Shown here: one piece after another, positions 1 through 11,600 of the stretch
How positions within the stretch are numbered: the stretch's first letter is position 1
Layout: every line of letters begins with the position of its first letter
From: Antechinus flavipes
Taxonomy: Eukaryota
Direction: 5' to 3'
DNA: 64,000 bases
Assembly (NCBI RefSeq): GCF_016432865.1
Contig: NC_067403.1
Span: 252,402,001 to 252,466,000 of the forward strand
The notes under the pieces: model-generated
Told to the model about the DNA's origin: nothing
Seen by the model: only the letters and a program-made list of their open reading frames with translations
Database searches by the model: none
Program-made: the position numbers and the translations under genes

Positions 1-290
1 GGAATCCTTTGTGGAAGATGGAAGACTTATGTCACAGGACCATCCAGCATGAAGTGCCCAGAGTCAAAGGCGGCTTTGTGCTTTGGGAAGGAAGCAGAAT
101 TGCTCAAAAGAGACGTGAGACGTACAAACTGAGAGTCATCTCCACTCCACACTTAGTATGGGTGCCCCCCTCCACAATCATATTGGTCTAATCTGCCAGA
201 GTAGGCTACATGGCACCGTGACCCCAATATAGTACGTTATTTTGGTCCTCTTAGAACAAAGGATTATTCCCAAGCAACCAAACAATCCAC
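1..290 (+). mobile_element. 3' end of an RTE-clade LINE
   Basis: Ends in TTTTGGTCCTCTT..AAGGA followed by a CAA-type tail (ccaagcaaccaaacaatcc). The same terminus occurs in reverse orientation near 14940-14965 (aagaggaccaaaatga). Family assignment from recalled marsupial RTE consensus. Confidence 0.6.
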
Positions 291-1139
291 AAACTCTACT
301 GCTTCTTCCTGGGTGTGCATGATTATAGAAATAGCCACATTTGTTATTTGTCAAGCTCAGAAGAACAAAAAATATTATTATTTTTTAAAAAATAAAAGCC
401 ATCGCCACTGAAAGTGAAATTCCAGCAACAAGAAGGTATAAAAGCAAACCCAGGTCACCTGACTTGCAGCCTCCCTGCTCTTTTGACCATATTCATTTAT
501 ACTCTGGTAGTCACTGCTGTAAAATTGCAATGATGGGACATGACCGGAAGAGAGGGAAGACGACACCAATTTCCCATTTCCGCAGAAGCGGGGGGAGTGG
601 GGAGGGGGAAGGGAGGAGGGCACAGGTATGGGATAGTGCAGAATAAGCTCACTTTCTGGTGATGCTGATTAATTTTGATGACCTTTTAAAAATTCCTTCC
701 TATAGTATAAGGAACAAGTCTCCCAGCGAGGGAAGAATGCAAAGAGAAGTGGGGGGAGGGGTCCGGCCTGGGATGAATAGAGAGGATGAAGCTTATTTTC
801 CCGGTTTCTCCCTTCTCTTTCCCCACTAATTCGTTCCTCCTCCTCCACCATACTCCACCTCCCGCCTCCGGGCCTTCGCCCGGACTTCACGCCTTGTCTG
901 TAACGAGCTCCTCCCCTTCCACCTGCCTCTAGCTCCCATCAAAGCTCGACTCCAGACCCCAGGAGCTTTTCCTGCCCCCCACCCCCACCCCCACGCGCAG
1001 GATTTCTATTTAGGCAAACTTTGTTTCCCACTTCCGGTTAGAGTGTAAGCTCCCTGAAGGCCGGACTTCTCTCTTGCCTTTTTCCCTTGCGTCCTCAAAG
1101 CCCAGATAAATAAATGCTTTATGTAGCACCGTGCAAGGC

Positions 1140-1700
1140 ACCCAGCAGGCACGCGAGTCCGTTGGCCGGTCCCGGTCCCGGTGCCCTTCCCCGTCCCTCC
1201 CCCAGACCCTCTGAAGCCTAGCACAATCCCCAAAGACGTCGCGATGGGATCTACGGATCTACGCAGGCGCAAGTGAGCGGCTCGGAGAGGAGCAGGCAGG
1301 CGCATGCTCCCGGAAAGTGCGGCTCGGGGTTTTGCCCGTCACCAATATGGCCGACTGGGTATCACGCCTTCCAGCCTTTCGTTGGCTGTCGCTGTTTTCA
1401 GACGTCACTGGGAGCGTCGGCAGCCGGAGAACCTAGGAGCTCCACGTGGGTCTTCTTCTGGTGGGCTCGGCTCCGCTCGGCGTGAGGGCATGGAGACGCC
1501 CCGGAGAAGCCGGCGCCTGGGGAAGCAGGAGGCCGAGAGCCCCGCGGTCCCCGCGAGCCCGGCGACCCCGTCCCGGAGGCCCCGCAAGGCCCGGCGCGGC
1601 CTCCTAGGGCCCAAGGCCGAGGCGGCGTTAGAGCCGGTACCGGAAGCGGCGGCGGGGGCGGGCGAAGCGGGCCCGGGATCCCCGCGGAATCACCCGGAGC
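1140..1700 (+). promoter_or_regulatory. CCDC86 CpG-island promoter
   Basis: CpG-rich stretch over the first coding ATG, with NRF1-like CGCAGGCGCA (1262) and GCGCATGC (~1300), ETS-like CCGGAAAGT and YY1-like AATATGGCCG (~1344). Confidence 0.7.
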
Positions 1701-2346
1701 CTGGCCTGGGATCCCCTAAGAATAGGGGCAAGGACTTGGGATCAGCCCAGAAACAGGATCTGGGTCCAAAGTCTCCCCAGAACCTAGGACCTAGTTTAGG
1801 GTCCCTCAAGAACTTTAAGGGACAGGATTTGGGGTCCCCCCAGAGAAAGGATCAGGGCCCCCAGAATCATCCAGAGCCTAGTCTGGGGTCCCCCAAAAGC
1901 CAGCAGAATCAGCAGGCCAAGGGCGCTGGCGGTAAAAGAGAGCCAGGCCTGAGACCCTCTCAAAGCCCCAAGAAGCCTTGTGTGGGGTCCCCCAAGAATC
2001 ACGTGGAGCCCAGCCCCAAAGCTACCCCTTTGGAGGACTCCAAATCTGCCCCAGAAGCCAGCTCAGTGTCCCCCCAAAGTCTGAGAGACAAGGAGTCGGT
2101 GTCCCATCGAGGACAGCCCAGAGAGTGCCCTTTGGGTCAGCCCGAGCCAGTAACCCCTAAATCGGGGGTGCTGCCCCAGGATGGAGCCGCAGAGACACTG
2201 CCAAGGTCCCAGGCACCCCAAACCAAGAAGCGGGATGGCTCTCCTGCCCCCACCCCGGCACCCAAGAAGTCCAAACAGGAGGCCCTGGTCATTCCCAAAG
2301 GAAAGCCCAAATCCGGCCGCGTGTGGAAGGATCGCAACAAGAAAAG
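1490..2346 (+). CDS. CCDC86: CCDC86 exon 1 (coding part)
   Basis: ATG at 1490 ([11 protein letters not shown]), SP-rich region, donor AAAAG|GTGAGG, phase 2. Confidence 0.9.
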
Positions 2347-5300
2347 GTGAGGGGGAGGGGAAGGGAGCCTCTGGGACAGCTCCCGGCAGCACTTGGGCAA
2401 CAAAGTAACCACGGAGGAGGCGATACTTAGTAACTGTCAGGGGGCCTAAAGCTCGTTGAAGGCCCCGTGAGTGCCGGGAGTCGGGGATTGTAAATCACTC
2501 TCAGCTGCTTGGCTGGGCCTGGGCATCCCTAACTCCCCTCCCCAGCCCTCTGCCCTGGGACCAGCCTGGGGAGGGGGGAAGGTAAAAAAGCGGGAGGCGG
2601 GGCCCTGAGCTGAAATTCCCCTCGGTCAGTGTTTGTGTACCCCCACTCACCGGGAGGGCTGCATGGAGCCCCTGCTGTGCTAGGGGGTCCCTGGTGCTTT
2701 AGAAAGACCTTAACTTGATCCTCACGACCACCTTGGGAGGGAGCTGCTGGCCTTATCACCCCAATTTACAGATGAGGAAACTGAGGCAGGTCTCAGCTGA
2801 CAATCTATCCACTCATGCGAGTCTCATTTTGGAGTCTGGGGCTCACTGGCCAGCCACAGCCGGCCAGGGTGGGTCAGAGGTGGCACCCTGATTGCCACCC
2901 ACCAGGCAGCACTGCCTCTCCCTCCATACCCTGTCTGTGCACCTCATGTCCAGTGAAAGGGATGCTGGCAGCTCACCCTCCCGATTAAGGCTCAGGTTGG
3001 GGAAGGCGGTTCCCACAGGCTGGGACACCGCTGCCCTCTGCCCATTGTCGGGCAGCCCATTCAAGAGCCCAGGCCGAGGATCTGAGCCGGGCACCCACCT
3101 CCTCTGCCCGACCTGTGAGAGAGGGCAGCTTCCCCAGCTCCTGTGTGACCCTGGCGCAATATGAGGTGGTGAGCTCCCCATCCCCTGAGGTGTGCAGGTC
3201 CTGCTTGGGTGAGATGATCTCCAAGGGCCCGTCCAACTTGGAGGGTCTGTGACCCTTGAAGCCTCAGTAGGGTCAGAGGTCAGGTAGGAGGTTCCCATCC
3301 CCATTGGCCCTGGCCTGAGGCAGCGGAGGGTGCATTGGATGCAGCCCAAATGGGTCTGAGTGCAGCCTCAGGCTCTTTTCCTTGGGGGGGTTTGGGTTCA
3401 TTGTGAGGATCAAATAAGAGAATACAAGTAAGCAAGCACTTAGTAGGCTCTCTATAAATGCTTGTTTCCTTCCCCTAGAAGGTGATCTGGTTGGTGTAAG
3501 TAAGCACATAGTAGGCACTCTATAAATGCTTTTTTCTTCCCCTCAAAGTTGATCTCTTGTCTGCTACCTGTGTTTCCCACATAGACCACATGGCCCCATG
3601 TTGGCTCCACACCCTAAGAAGAAGCTCCTTGAAGGCAGGGCTTTTGCCTTTAAATCCCTAGCACTTGGCACTAAATGTGCTTGTTGATGGACTGCTAGAG
3701 CACATCCCGAAGGGCTTGGGATGAATGCTGGGTGTTCTGTACAGGACGGGGTGCTTGGGGTCCACCTCTAGAGCCCTCCCTCCCCCCGCCTCCAGGTTTT
3801 CCCAGATGGTCCAGGACAAGCCGCTCCGGACATCCTGGGAGCGCAAGATGAAGGAGCGCCAGGAGAGGAAGCTGGCCAAGGATTTTGCGCGACACCTGGA
3901 GGAGGAGAAGCAAAGATGCAAAGAGGTAAGGGCCGGGTGGGGTGGAGGGGAGGAGGTCCCCAGGGACTTATCGGGCCTGGGCTGGGAGTGGGGAAACAAG
4001 ACAAGATGAGATGGGACGAGAGAAGCCAGCGGGCACGCTTGGGAGGGGAACCGGCCGGATTCTGGACAGGTGGCACTCAGGGTCGGCTTCCTGGAGGAGG
4101 GGGTAGAGTGATTCAGGCCTAGGAGATGTGAGCATAAGCCGGCCTGACAGGAAGTGTCAGTGCCAGAAGCCTCGAGTGCCTGGCTTGGCAGAGGAGGGCC
4201 GGGCTGGAGCCCCCCACAGGGCAGGTACTGCAGGCCTCGGCTTTCTGGTCTGCGTCTCTCATTCTCTGGGAGGATCTCCTACGAGCCCCACGGCCCCCCT
4301 AGAGGGGTCCCGCGGGGGTCACCCAGGACAAGATTGCTCTGAGCCATCGAGCAGGTTAGCCATGGTCAGCCCGGTGTCTGGGAAGGCCAGGTTTGAACTT
4401 CCTGGCCAAGGCAGAGGGCAGGAGAATATACCATTTTCCCCTTTTTTGTCAGGTTGCTTGCCGGGGGGCGCGGGGGAGGGAGGGGGGGGACTTGGAACCC
4501 AAAATATTGCAAAAGTGAATGCTGAAAGCTCTCTTTACTGGAACTAGGGGGAAAAAAATACAGAAACCCAGAGTCCAACTGGAAAACACACACAGAGATG
4601 GCGAGCGGTCTGCCACGGCTGCACACGTGTGGCCATTCTGCACATGTATTAGTCATGTAGTGAAGGAAAACTCAGAACAAAGGGGAAGGCCGGAGAAAGA
4701 AAAGGCAAATGGGCTGATCAAAAAGATGGGGGAAATAGGACATTTTGTGTGGGTGTTAACGAGGAAGTTTCTAGCATGGGCCCAACTGGGGAGTCAGTTG
4801 CTGTCTTGTCCCTGGGGGGCTTCAAAGGGACTGGAAGGCCCATCTAAGGGAAGCTAAATATGGGTCTTTGGCAGCCATGGGCGAGCCTGGGCCTCAGACA
4901 TGAGAAAGTTCCTGGAAACCCTGCAGGCCGCCTGCCCTTGGACTGTCCAAGGCACTCTCCCAAGTTCACAGCCTTGGACTGGGAGGATGATGGGACAAAG
5001 GCCCGCAGGGGTCACCAGGAGGGCCTGCCTGAGACCCTCCCCAGCCTGCCTATCTCCTCTCCCAAGTGCAGAAGGCAGGTAGTCTAAAACAGTGGGGATT
5101 GGGGGCTCAGAGACAGCCCTGACCCTTCCCTTGCTGCCCAGCCCAGGAGACAGTGGGCGACAAGCCCAGCTTCCTCACAGATGGGTCGGGGAAGGCTGGA
5201 GGCTCTGGGTGGTGCCCCGGTCTCTGTGCCTCGTGGATGAGAGCAAGTGGCTCAAGGTTAGCTCCCCCTCATCCTCCCAGACTCCTTGGTTTTGCCCTCA

Positions 5301-6131
5301 TTCCCCACCTCACCCACCCCAATGCCCAGGCTCCCAGGGAGTGAGGTTGAACATGGCGTCGGAGATGTCACAAGAGTGACGTTTATGTAGCACTTGTGGG
5401 ATTGGCAAAGCACTTTACAACCTTGTGTCACTGGAGCCTCACAGCAACCTTGGGAAGTAAGCATGAGTGTTGTTCCCTTTTGACTGTGGAGGAAACGGGC
5501 ACCGGAGGCTGAGCCAGGGTTACCCAGACTGGATCTGAGATCGGTCCAGCACCTTCCTTCTGACACCTGGAGATGTCAGCACTGGGAGAAATGGTGGGAT
5601 CTGTGAGGAAGCTCAGGAGAATATGTTCCCCTCCTCCCAGCCAAGCAGAGAGGGGCCCGGAGGTGGGCACTGCCCGCCGGGCTACCCTCCCAAGTCCTTG
5701 CCCCCCCCCTCATTGCTGTTCCTTCCAGGAGAAGAAAAAGCGGCGAGCGGAGAACATAAAGAGGCGCCTGGAGAATGAGCGGAAGGCAGAGATCGTCCAA
5801 GTGGTGAGTGCCCTGAGCCACCCCTGCCCTGTGAGGGCGCTTGGGGCCACCATGCCTGGTGGCAGGAGGGGGCGGCTTTGTTCCCGTTGTCCCTTCGTCA
5901 AGGTTTTGGGCACCAGGGGAATGTTGACCCCAATCCCCAAGAGTCCTGGGAAAGGAGGGAAAAGCCAGGGGTCCAAGATTCTCAGAGATCTTCCCTCTCT
6001 AACCCCACTAGATCCGGAACCCCACCAAGCTCAAGCGGGCCAAGAAAAAGCAGCTCCGGCGCATCGAGAAGCGGGACACCTTGGCACTTCTGCAGAAACA
6101 GCCCCCACAGCGCCTAGTGGCCAAGGACTGA
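1490..6131 (+). CDS. CCDC86: Coiled-coil domain-containing protein 86; join(1490..2346,3796..3925,5729..5803,6012..6131)
   Basis: Spliced product contains the Cgr1-like C-terminus [57 protein letters not shown]...[46 protein letters not shown]. All introns are GT-AG and frame is kept. Confidence 0.95.
3796..3925 (+). CDS. CCDC86: CCDC86 exon 2
   Basis: CCAG|G TTT TCC CAG ATG ... AAA GAG|GTAAGG. Confidence 0.95.
5729..5803 (+). CDS. CCDC86: CCDC86 exon 3
   Basis: ttccag|GAG AAG AAA...CAA GTG|GTGAGT; 75 nt. Confidence 0.95.
6012..6131 (+). CDS. CCDC86: CCDC86 exon 4 (coding part)
   Basis: cactag|ATC CGG AAC CCC...AAG GAC TGA; 120 nt. Confidence 0.95.
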   Translation: MRNPTKLKRAKKKQLRRIEKRDTLALLQKQPPQRLVAKD

Positions 6132-6424
6132 GTGGCTGCAGGAGCCTAATTGTCGCCTTCCTTCTACCCCCAGCCTTTGGCACCGCCCGGCAAGGATGGC
6201 TATGGGGACTGGATCCACTTGGAGGAAGCTGGGCTTGGACCTTGGGGGCGGGAGGGGAGCAGACGTTCTTTGGACTCCAGACTGAGAGACATGTCATTGT
6301 CACCATCTTGGGAGGCAGGAGTGGGGGCCCAGAGGGCATCTGGCTGCCAGCCAGCAGTGAATACCCCACTTCTGGACTCCCCACCCCCTTGAGGAGGACC
6401 TGCAGAGAGAGCTGCTGCGTTTCT

Positions 6425-7070
6425 TTCTGTTTGTTAAATGATAGCTTTTATTTTCAAAAATACACGCAAAGAGAGTTTTCAACATTCACCTTTGCAAAAA
6501 CCCTATGTTCCCAATTTTTCTGCACCCTTCCCCCACCCCTCCCCTAGAAAGCAAGTGATAGGTATGAAAATGGGCAGGTCTATACAGATTTCCACATTTA
6601 TCATGCTACACAAGAAAAATCAGATCAAAAAGGGGGGGGGGGGGATGGGAAAGAAAACAGAGTGAGAATGCTGTGTTGTGGTCCACCCTCAGTTCCCACA
6701 GTCCTCTCTGGCTGCAGATGGCTCTCTTCATCACGAGATCACTGGACTGGCCTGAATCACCTCATCGTGGAAGAGAGTCACGTTGTCAGGATTGATCATT
6801 GTATAATCTTGTTGTATATAATGATCTCCTGTCCTACTCACTTCCTTAGCATCAGTTCCTGTCAGTCTCTCCAGCCTCTCTGACATCATCCTGCTGATTA
6901 TTCTTAGAAAACAATATCCATGCATATACCATCCCGTATTCAGCCGTCCCCCACTGCTGGGCAGCCATTCAGCTTGCAGTTCCTGCCACCACAGACATTT
7001 TTGCACATGCTTTCTGATGCTTTTGCCCTTAAAGCCTGAGGGCTCATGGGTTAGCACATGGAGAATCAAC
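6425..7070 (-). mobile_element. Old L1 3' fragment (ORF2 end plus 3'UTR) between the CCDC86 and PTGDR2 stop codons
   Basis: Reverse-complement similarity to the L1 3' ends at 28400-28860 and 29800-30380 (ttttcaacattcacctttgcaaaa vs gcaagggtcaatgttggaaaa; cagttcctgtcagtctctccag vs ctggagagacttacatgaactg). Confidence 0.65.
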
Positions 7071-7489
7071 AAATCAGAGTTGTTTCCTCCTGACACTGGA
7101 GAGGATGTGAGCGGGAGGGGAGGAGCCCTTGGTGGTCGCTTGGGGAGACGGGATATGCTAGGAGCAAAGGAGCGGCTGCTTGAGCCACTGAGGTCATGGG
7201 TCCATGTTTTCATCGGCCCTGTGCCCATCTCTGGAAAATTGATCCCCCTAAAACTCGTTCCCTCCCAAGTGTTAATGGTTTGAAGTAATTTAGGATCAGA
7301 AGAGCTTCCCAACCTGCTTTAGCAAGTTTGTTCCCCTCCGGGCCTCAGTTTACCCATCTCTAACAGGGGTTGGTCTGAGTTATCTCTGGGTGGAGGGGCA
7401 GAGGGCTGTGCGCCGCCAGAGACGGGGACCGGGAAATGCTCGGGCCGGGACGGTGGGATGTCATCTGGAGGAGCCCCGCCCGGCCCGCC

Positions 7490-8665
7490 TCATTTCAGGG
7501 GAACCCCCTCGGGCTGCCCGGCCGGGCCGGGGGCTTTCTCTAGCTGTCTGGCCGTCCTGGCCCCCAGGCAGGGGAGCCAGCGGCGGGGGAAGCCCGCGGA
7601 GCTGAGGTTGGAGGAGGACCTGGACAGGGAGCCGCCCTGGGAGCTGCGGCGCCGGCGCCCGCTGCCGCACACCAGCTCGCTGTCCTCCACCAGCACGCTC
7701 TCCAGCACGCAGCGCAGCGAGTGGCGCAGCTTGGTCAGCACGTCGGGGCAGGTGAGCACGTAGAGGAAGGGGTTGACCACGCTGTTGATGAAGGCCAGGC
7801 TGGTGACGAAGGGCAGGGCCTGCCACACGGTCGAGCGCAGGCTGGAGTCGTGGTGGGCCCGCGCCTCCAGCAGGCTGAAGACGTGGTAGGGCAGCCAGCA
7901 GAGCACGAAGGCCGCGATGACGGCCATGACCAGGCGCAGGAAGCGGCTGGGCTGGCGGCGGCAGCGGTGGCGCACCCGCAGGCTGACCGCCAGGTAGCAG
8001 GCGCCGATGACGCCCAGGGGCACGGCGAACGCCAGCAGGAACTTGCTGACGGCCAGGGCGAGCTGGCGGCGGCCGCACAGCGCCTCCCCGGCGGCGTCGG
8101 CCGCGCCCGAGCTGTACAGCCGCAGGTTGTAGTAGCACATGACGCGCCCGTCGGCCCGCTGCATGGTGTCCCGGAACAGGAAGTAGGGGACCGTGTTGAG
8201 CAGGGCCAGGCCCCAGAGCGCCAGGCAGACCTTGTGCGCCGCGGCCACCGTGCGGTGGTTCTGGGCCCAGATGGGCTTCACCACCTGCAGGCAGCGGTCC
8301 AGGCTGATGGCGCTGAGCAGGAAGCCGCTGGCGAACATGTTCAGGAAGAAGACGGAGGAGTGCAGCTTGCAGAAGGTGGTCCCCAGCTGCCACGAGTGGC
8401 CCACGGCCAGGAAGTAGGTGAAGAAGGGCAGGCTGGCCGTGGCCAGCAGGTCGGAGAGCGCCAGGTGCAGCACCCACGTGGTGACCACCGTCTGGCGCAT
8501 GCGGCAGCCCACCACGTAGAGGATGACGGCGTTCTCCAGGATGCCCATCAGGGACACCAGCCCGTGCAGCGTCACCGACGCGTAGTCGATGTAGCGCCCG
8601 CTGGTGTTGGTGTGCGCCGGGAGCTCGCTCATGTACTGCAGGACGGGGCACAGCTTCTTGGGCTC
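7490..8665 (-). CDS. PTGDR2: PTGDR2 main coding exon
   Basis: Acceptor tctctccctcgcag|GAG CCC AAG AAG CTG TGC; open to stop at 7490; seven hydrophobic segments. Confidence 0.95.
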   Translation of the reverse strand, partial: EPKKLCPVLQYMSELPAHTNTSGRYIDYASVTLHGLVSLMGILENAVILYVVGCRMRQTVVTTWVLHLALSDLLATASLPFFTYFLAVGHSWQLGTTFCKLHSSVFFLNMFASGFLLSAISLDRCLQVVKPIWAQNHRTVAAAHKVCLALWGLALLNTVPYFLFRDTMQRADGRVMCYYNLRLYSSGAADAAGEALCGRRQLALAVSKFLLAFAVPLGVIGACYLAVSLRVRHRCRRQPSRFLRLVMAVIAAFVLCWLPYHVFSLLEARAHHDSSLRSTVWQALPFVTSLAFINSVVNPFLYVLTCPDVLTKLRHSLRCVLESVLVEDSELVCGSGRRRRSSQGGSLSRSSSNLSSAGFPRRWLPCLGARTARQLEKAPGPAGQPEGVPLK

Positions 8666-11600
8666 CTGCGAGGGAGAGACGGGCCCTCGGCTCAGACACC
8701 GGAGCCGGGCCGTCCCCTGGGCTCGGCCCGCGTCTGACTGCCTGCGGCTTCGGCTCTTCGAAATCATTTTAATGATTTCAGATTCATTGTTTAAATGATT
8801 ATTTTATTGATTTTTAAATTATTCCAGATTCATTTTTAAATGATTATTTTATTGATTTTTAAATCATTCCAGATTCATTTTTAAATGATTATTTTATTGA
8901 TTTTTAAATTATTCCAGATTCATTTTTAAATGATTATTTTATTGATTTTTAAATTATTCCAGATTCATTTTTAAATGATTATTTTATTGATTTTTAAATT
9001 ATTCCAGATTCATTTTTTAAATGATTATTTTATTGATTTTTAAATTATTCCAGATTCATTTTTTAAATGATTATTTTATGGGTTTTAAATTATTTCAGTT
9101 ATTTTTAATTTATTTACTTTATTGATTTTTAAATGATCATTTTTCAGTTATTTCAGATTTATTTTTAAAATTACTATGATTTACTGACTTTCAAATTATT
9201 TTTAATTCAGATTTATTTTTAAAATTACTATTATTTATTGACTTTCAAATGATTTTTTAATTAATTCAGACTTATTTTTAAAATTATTATTACTTTTTTT
9301 ATTTTACTCTGGTAAGAAATCAAGCCAGGATTCCCAAAGACCTAGAAGCTTGGAATACATATCAGAACTTCCTTCCTTTGTTTCTAACCACTGAGGAGGC
9401 TTCACCTGGAGGAGGCAGAGAATCCCTGCCCACCATCTTTGTCAGAACCAAGCATCGCCTCGAGGCATTCCTGCCCCTCTTCCCTCCTGGGTTGCCTCTT
9501 CCTAGCTCTACATGCTCTACAACTCAGCTGTCCTGGAGCATCCCATCCCATTTCTCTTTGTTCCCATGGAACTCTTCCCCTCCTGTCTGCCCTCCCAATC
9601 CATCCCCCCGGTCTCTCAACCTACTCAGAAAAGTAAATGCAAAACCTAATGCAGTCTGTCATGAAGAACCATACCCACCTGGGAGGGGAGGGTGTAGTTA
9701 GACTTTCCTGAGTAGGAGGCGGTCCTAGGACTGAATTCTAAGGGAAGCTGAGCATTCTGAAAGGAAGAGAGAAAGGGTCCCAGACGTGGGGCACAGTCTG
9801 AGCAAAAGCCCTGAGGTGGACCTGAAATATTATTTACAGAGAACATCCAACCTCGTCTCCAAAGACTTTGCCTTCAACCCATTCCCTCCCTGTCCTTTGA
9901 GCTTTTGTGTGCCACGGGCCCCCTTGGGCAGTCTAATGAGACCCATGGACTCCTCCAAATAGCAATGTCAAATGCATAAAATAAAAGCTTAGGATCACAA
10001 AGGGTGATCCTTGAAATGAAGCTGTAAAAACATTTTTTAAAAAACAATTTGACAGAGTCTCCCCCGCCTACATCTCGCTCCCCACGTTTAAGCCTTAAAC
10101 CTAAAGTTTACGAAATTCACCTAATATGCCAGCTTGCCCTCCTGGGGTTCCCTTTCTACTGGTAATTATGAGTTCCACTGGGGAATCTTCTTTCGAATGC
10201 TCTCCCACTCTATTTCATAGTTGTCATTTCCAGGGTCTAGTGTATCCATTTTGTCTGTAAACTCTTCCCTACATAAATCTACCTTTTGTCCCCCAAAAAG
10301 GGCTTGCCTAATAAATTTCCTTCTCTTCCACTCCCATCTCTCCCCTGTCTCCTTCCCATCACCCCCAGAGTCAAAACAAAATTCTCCCTTAGCCATGCCT
10401 TCTCAAACCATCATCCTGCCCCACTCCTGGAAAGCCAGGTCTGTGCTCTGCCCCCTCAGGTGGCAGGAAGGGACAGGGCAGTCCTGCTTCCGACCTGCTC
10501 TTCCTGAGAGTTCTGTGCCCTGACAAAGCAGCGGTGAGGGAGGAGATGGAGGAGGGATAGGGCAGGGAGCTCTGTCATCCTGCAACCAAGAGCTTCGGGT
10601 CTTTCCCTGGCTCCCACGGGCACCCAGACAGTCCCCACCAGTGGCTTAGTAGCTGCAGGCCCAGTGATGGCTAAGGCTGGCAGTGCCAGCCTCCCCCATC
10701 TGATATGCCAAGAGGAAGTGAGATAGGAACAACAGCAGAAGGAAAAGGGTTCCCCACACGCAGGCCCAGATAGGAAGACTGCTGCCCCATTGGGGGAGGA
10801 AAGGGGCCATGTCTGGATAGCCTGGATATTGTTACCCCCCAACAAGGGCAGCAAAAATGGATCCTCCAGTTCCCAAAGGCTCAAGGCCAGGGGCCAGGCT
10901 GTCAGAGAGCCTTTGAGCAGGACGTGGCCCACTGCACTCCTCAAATACTGAGGACATGCATGTCCCCAGCCCATACTGGGCACTCTGAGGTCCCCAGGAA
11001 GGTAGCTCTTGGGACTGAGGGACTTCCACCTGCGCACATGCTGCCAGAAAACAACCGTAGACAAGGTACAGGACTATGGGGGCAAAATGAGCCACGGCCA
11101 CGGGCACTCCTAGGGAGGGGGTGAGGAGGGAGGAATGTCAGCGAGTGTTAAATGATCTCTGTCTTATCACTGAGGATCCTGAAGCAGAGAGTGGTTAAGT
11201 CGCTTCAGGATCTTGCAGCTAGGAAGTGTCTGAGGAGATCTGGACTCGGTTCTTCCTGATTCCCGGTCCAGCACGCTCTGCCTCTAGGCTGGGGGGAGCC
11301 ATGACATGGGGGAGAGAGAGCTATCAGAGAAGGTTCTGAGCTGAGCCTTGAATTCAGGAAGGCAGAAAGACTTCACAGTCTTCTGTGAGGGTCACAGAGC
11401 CTCATTTTAAGGATGAGGAAACCGAAGAAGGAGAGGGTGTAGGACGGGATCACACAGGAAGTGGCAAAGCTGAGGGGAGGAGGGAAGTGGAGAAGTGGAC
11501 AGAGGATAGGAATAGCATCCCATCCCCCAAACAAGGGACAAAGCACAGCTGGCCATCACTGGATCTGCCAAATGCCCAGAACGAAGAGTCTCAGCTCACG

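Noticed and set aside
1304-1489. In-frame 62-codon N-terminal extension of CCDC86
   Set aside because: The ATG lies within the promoter motif cluster, probably upstream of the transcription start; homology begins at ATG 1490.
5573-6547. 324-aa ORF
   Set aside because: Chance read-through around CCDC86 exon 3; exon 4 is in another frame and the flanks are intron, UTR and L1.
7461-8737. 412-aa alternative-frame ORF (-) and 338-aa antisense ORF (+) over PTGDR2
   Set aside because: Expected shadows of a GC3-saturated coding exon; no recognisable domain.
8666-8767. ORF-track start of PTGDR2 at 8767
   Set aside because: Lies in the intron at the edge of the AT-rich array, upstream of a clear acceptor.
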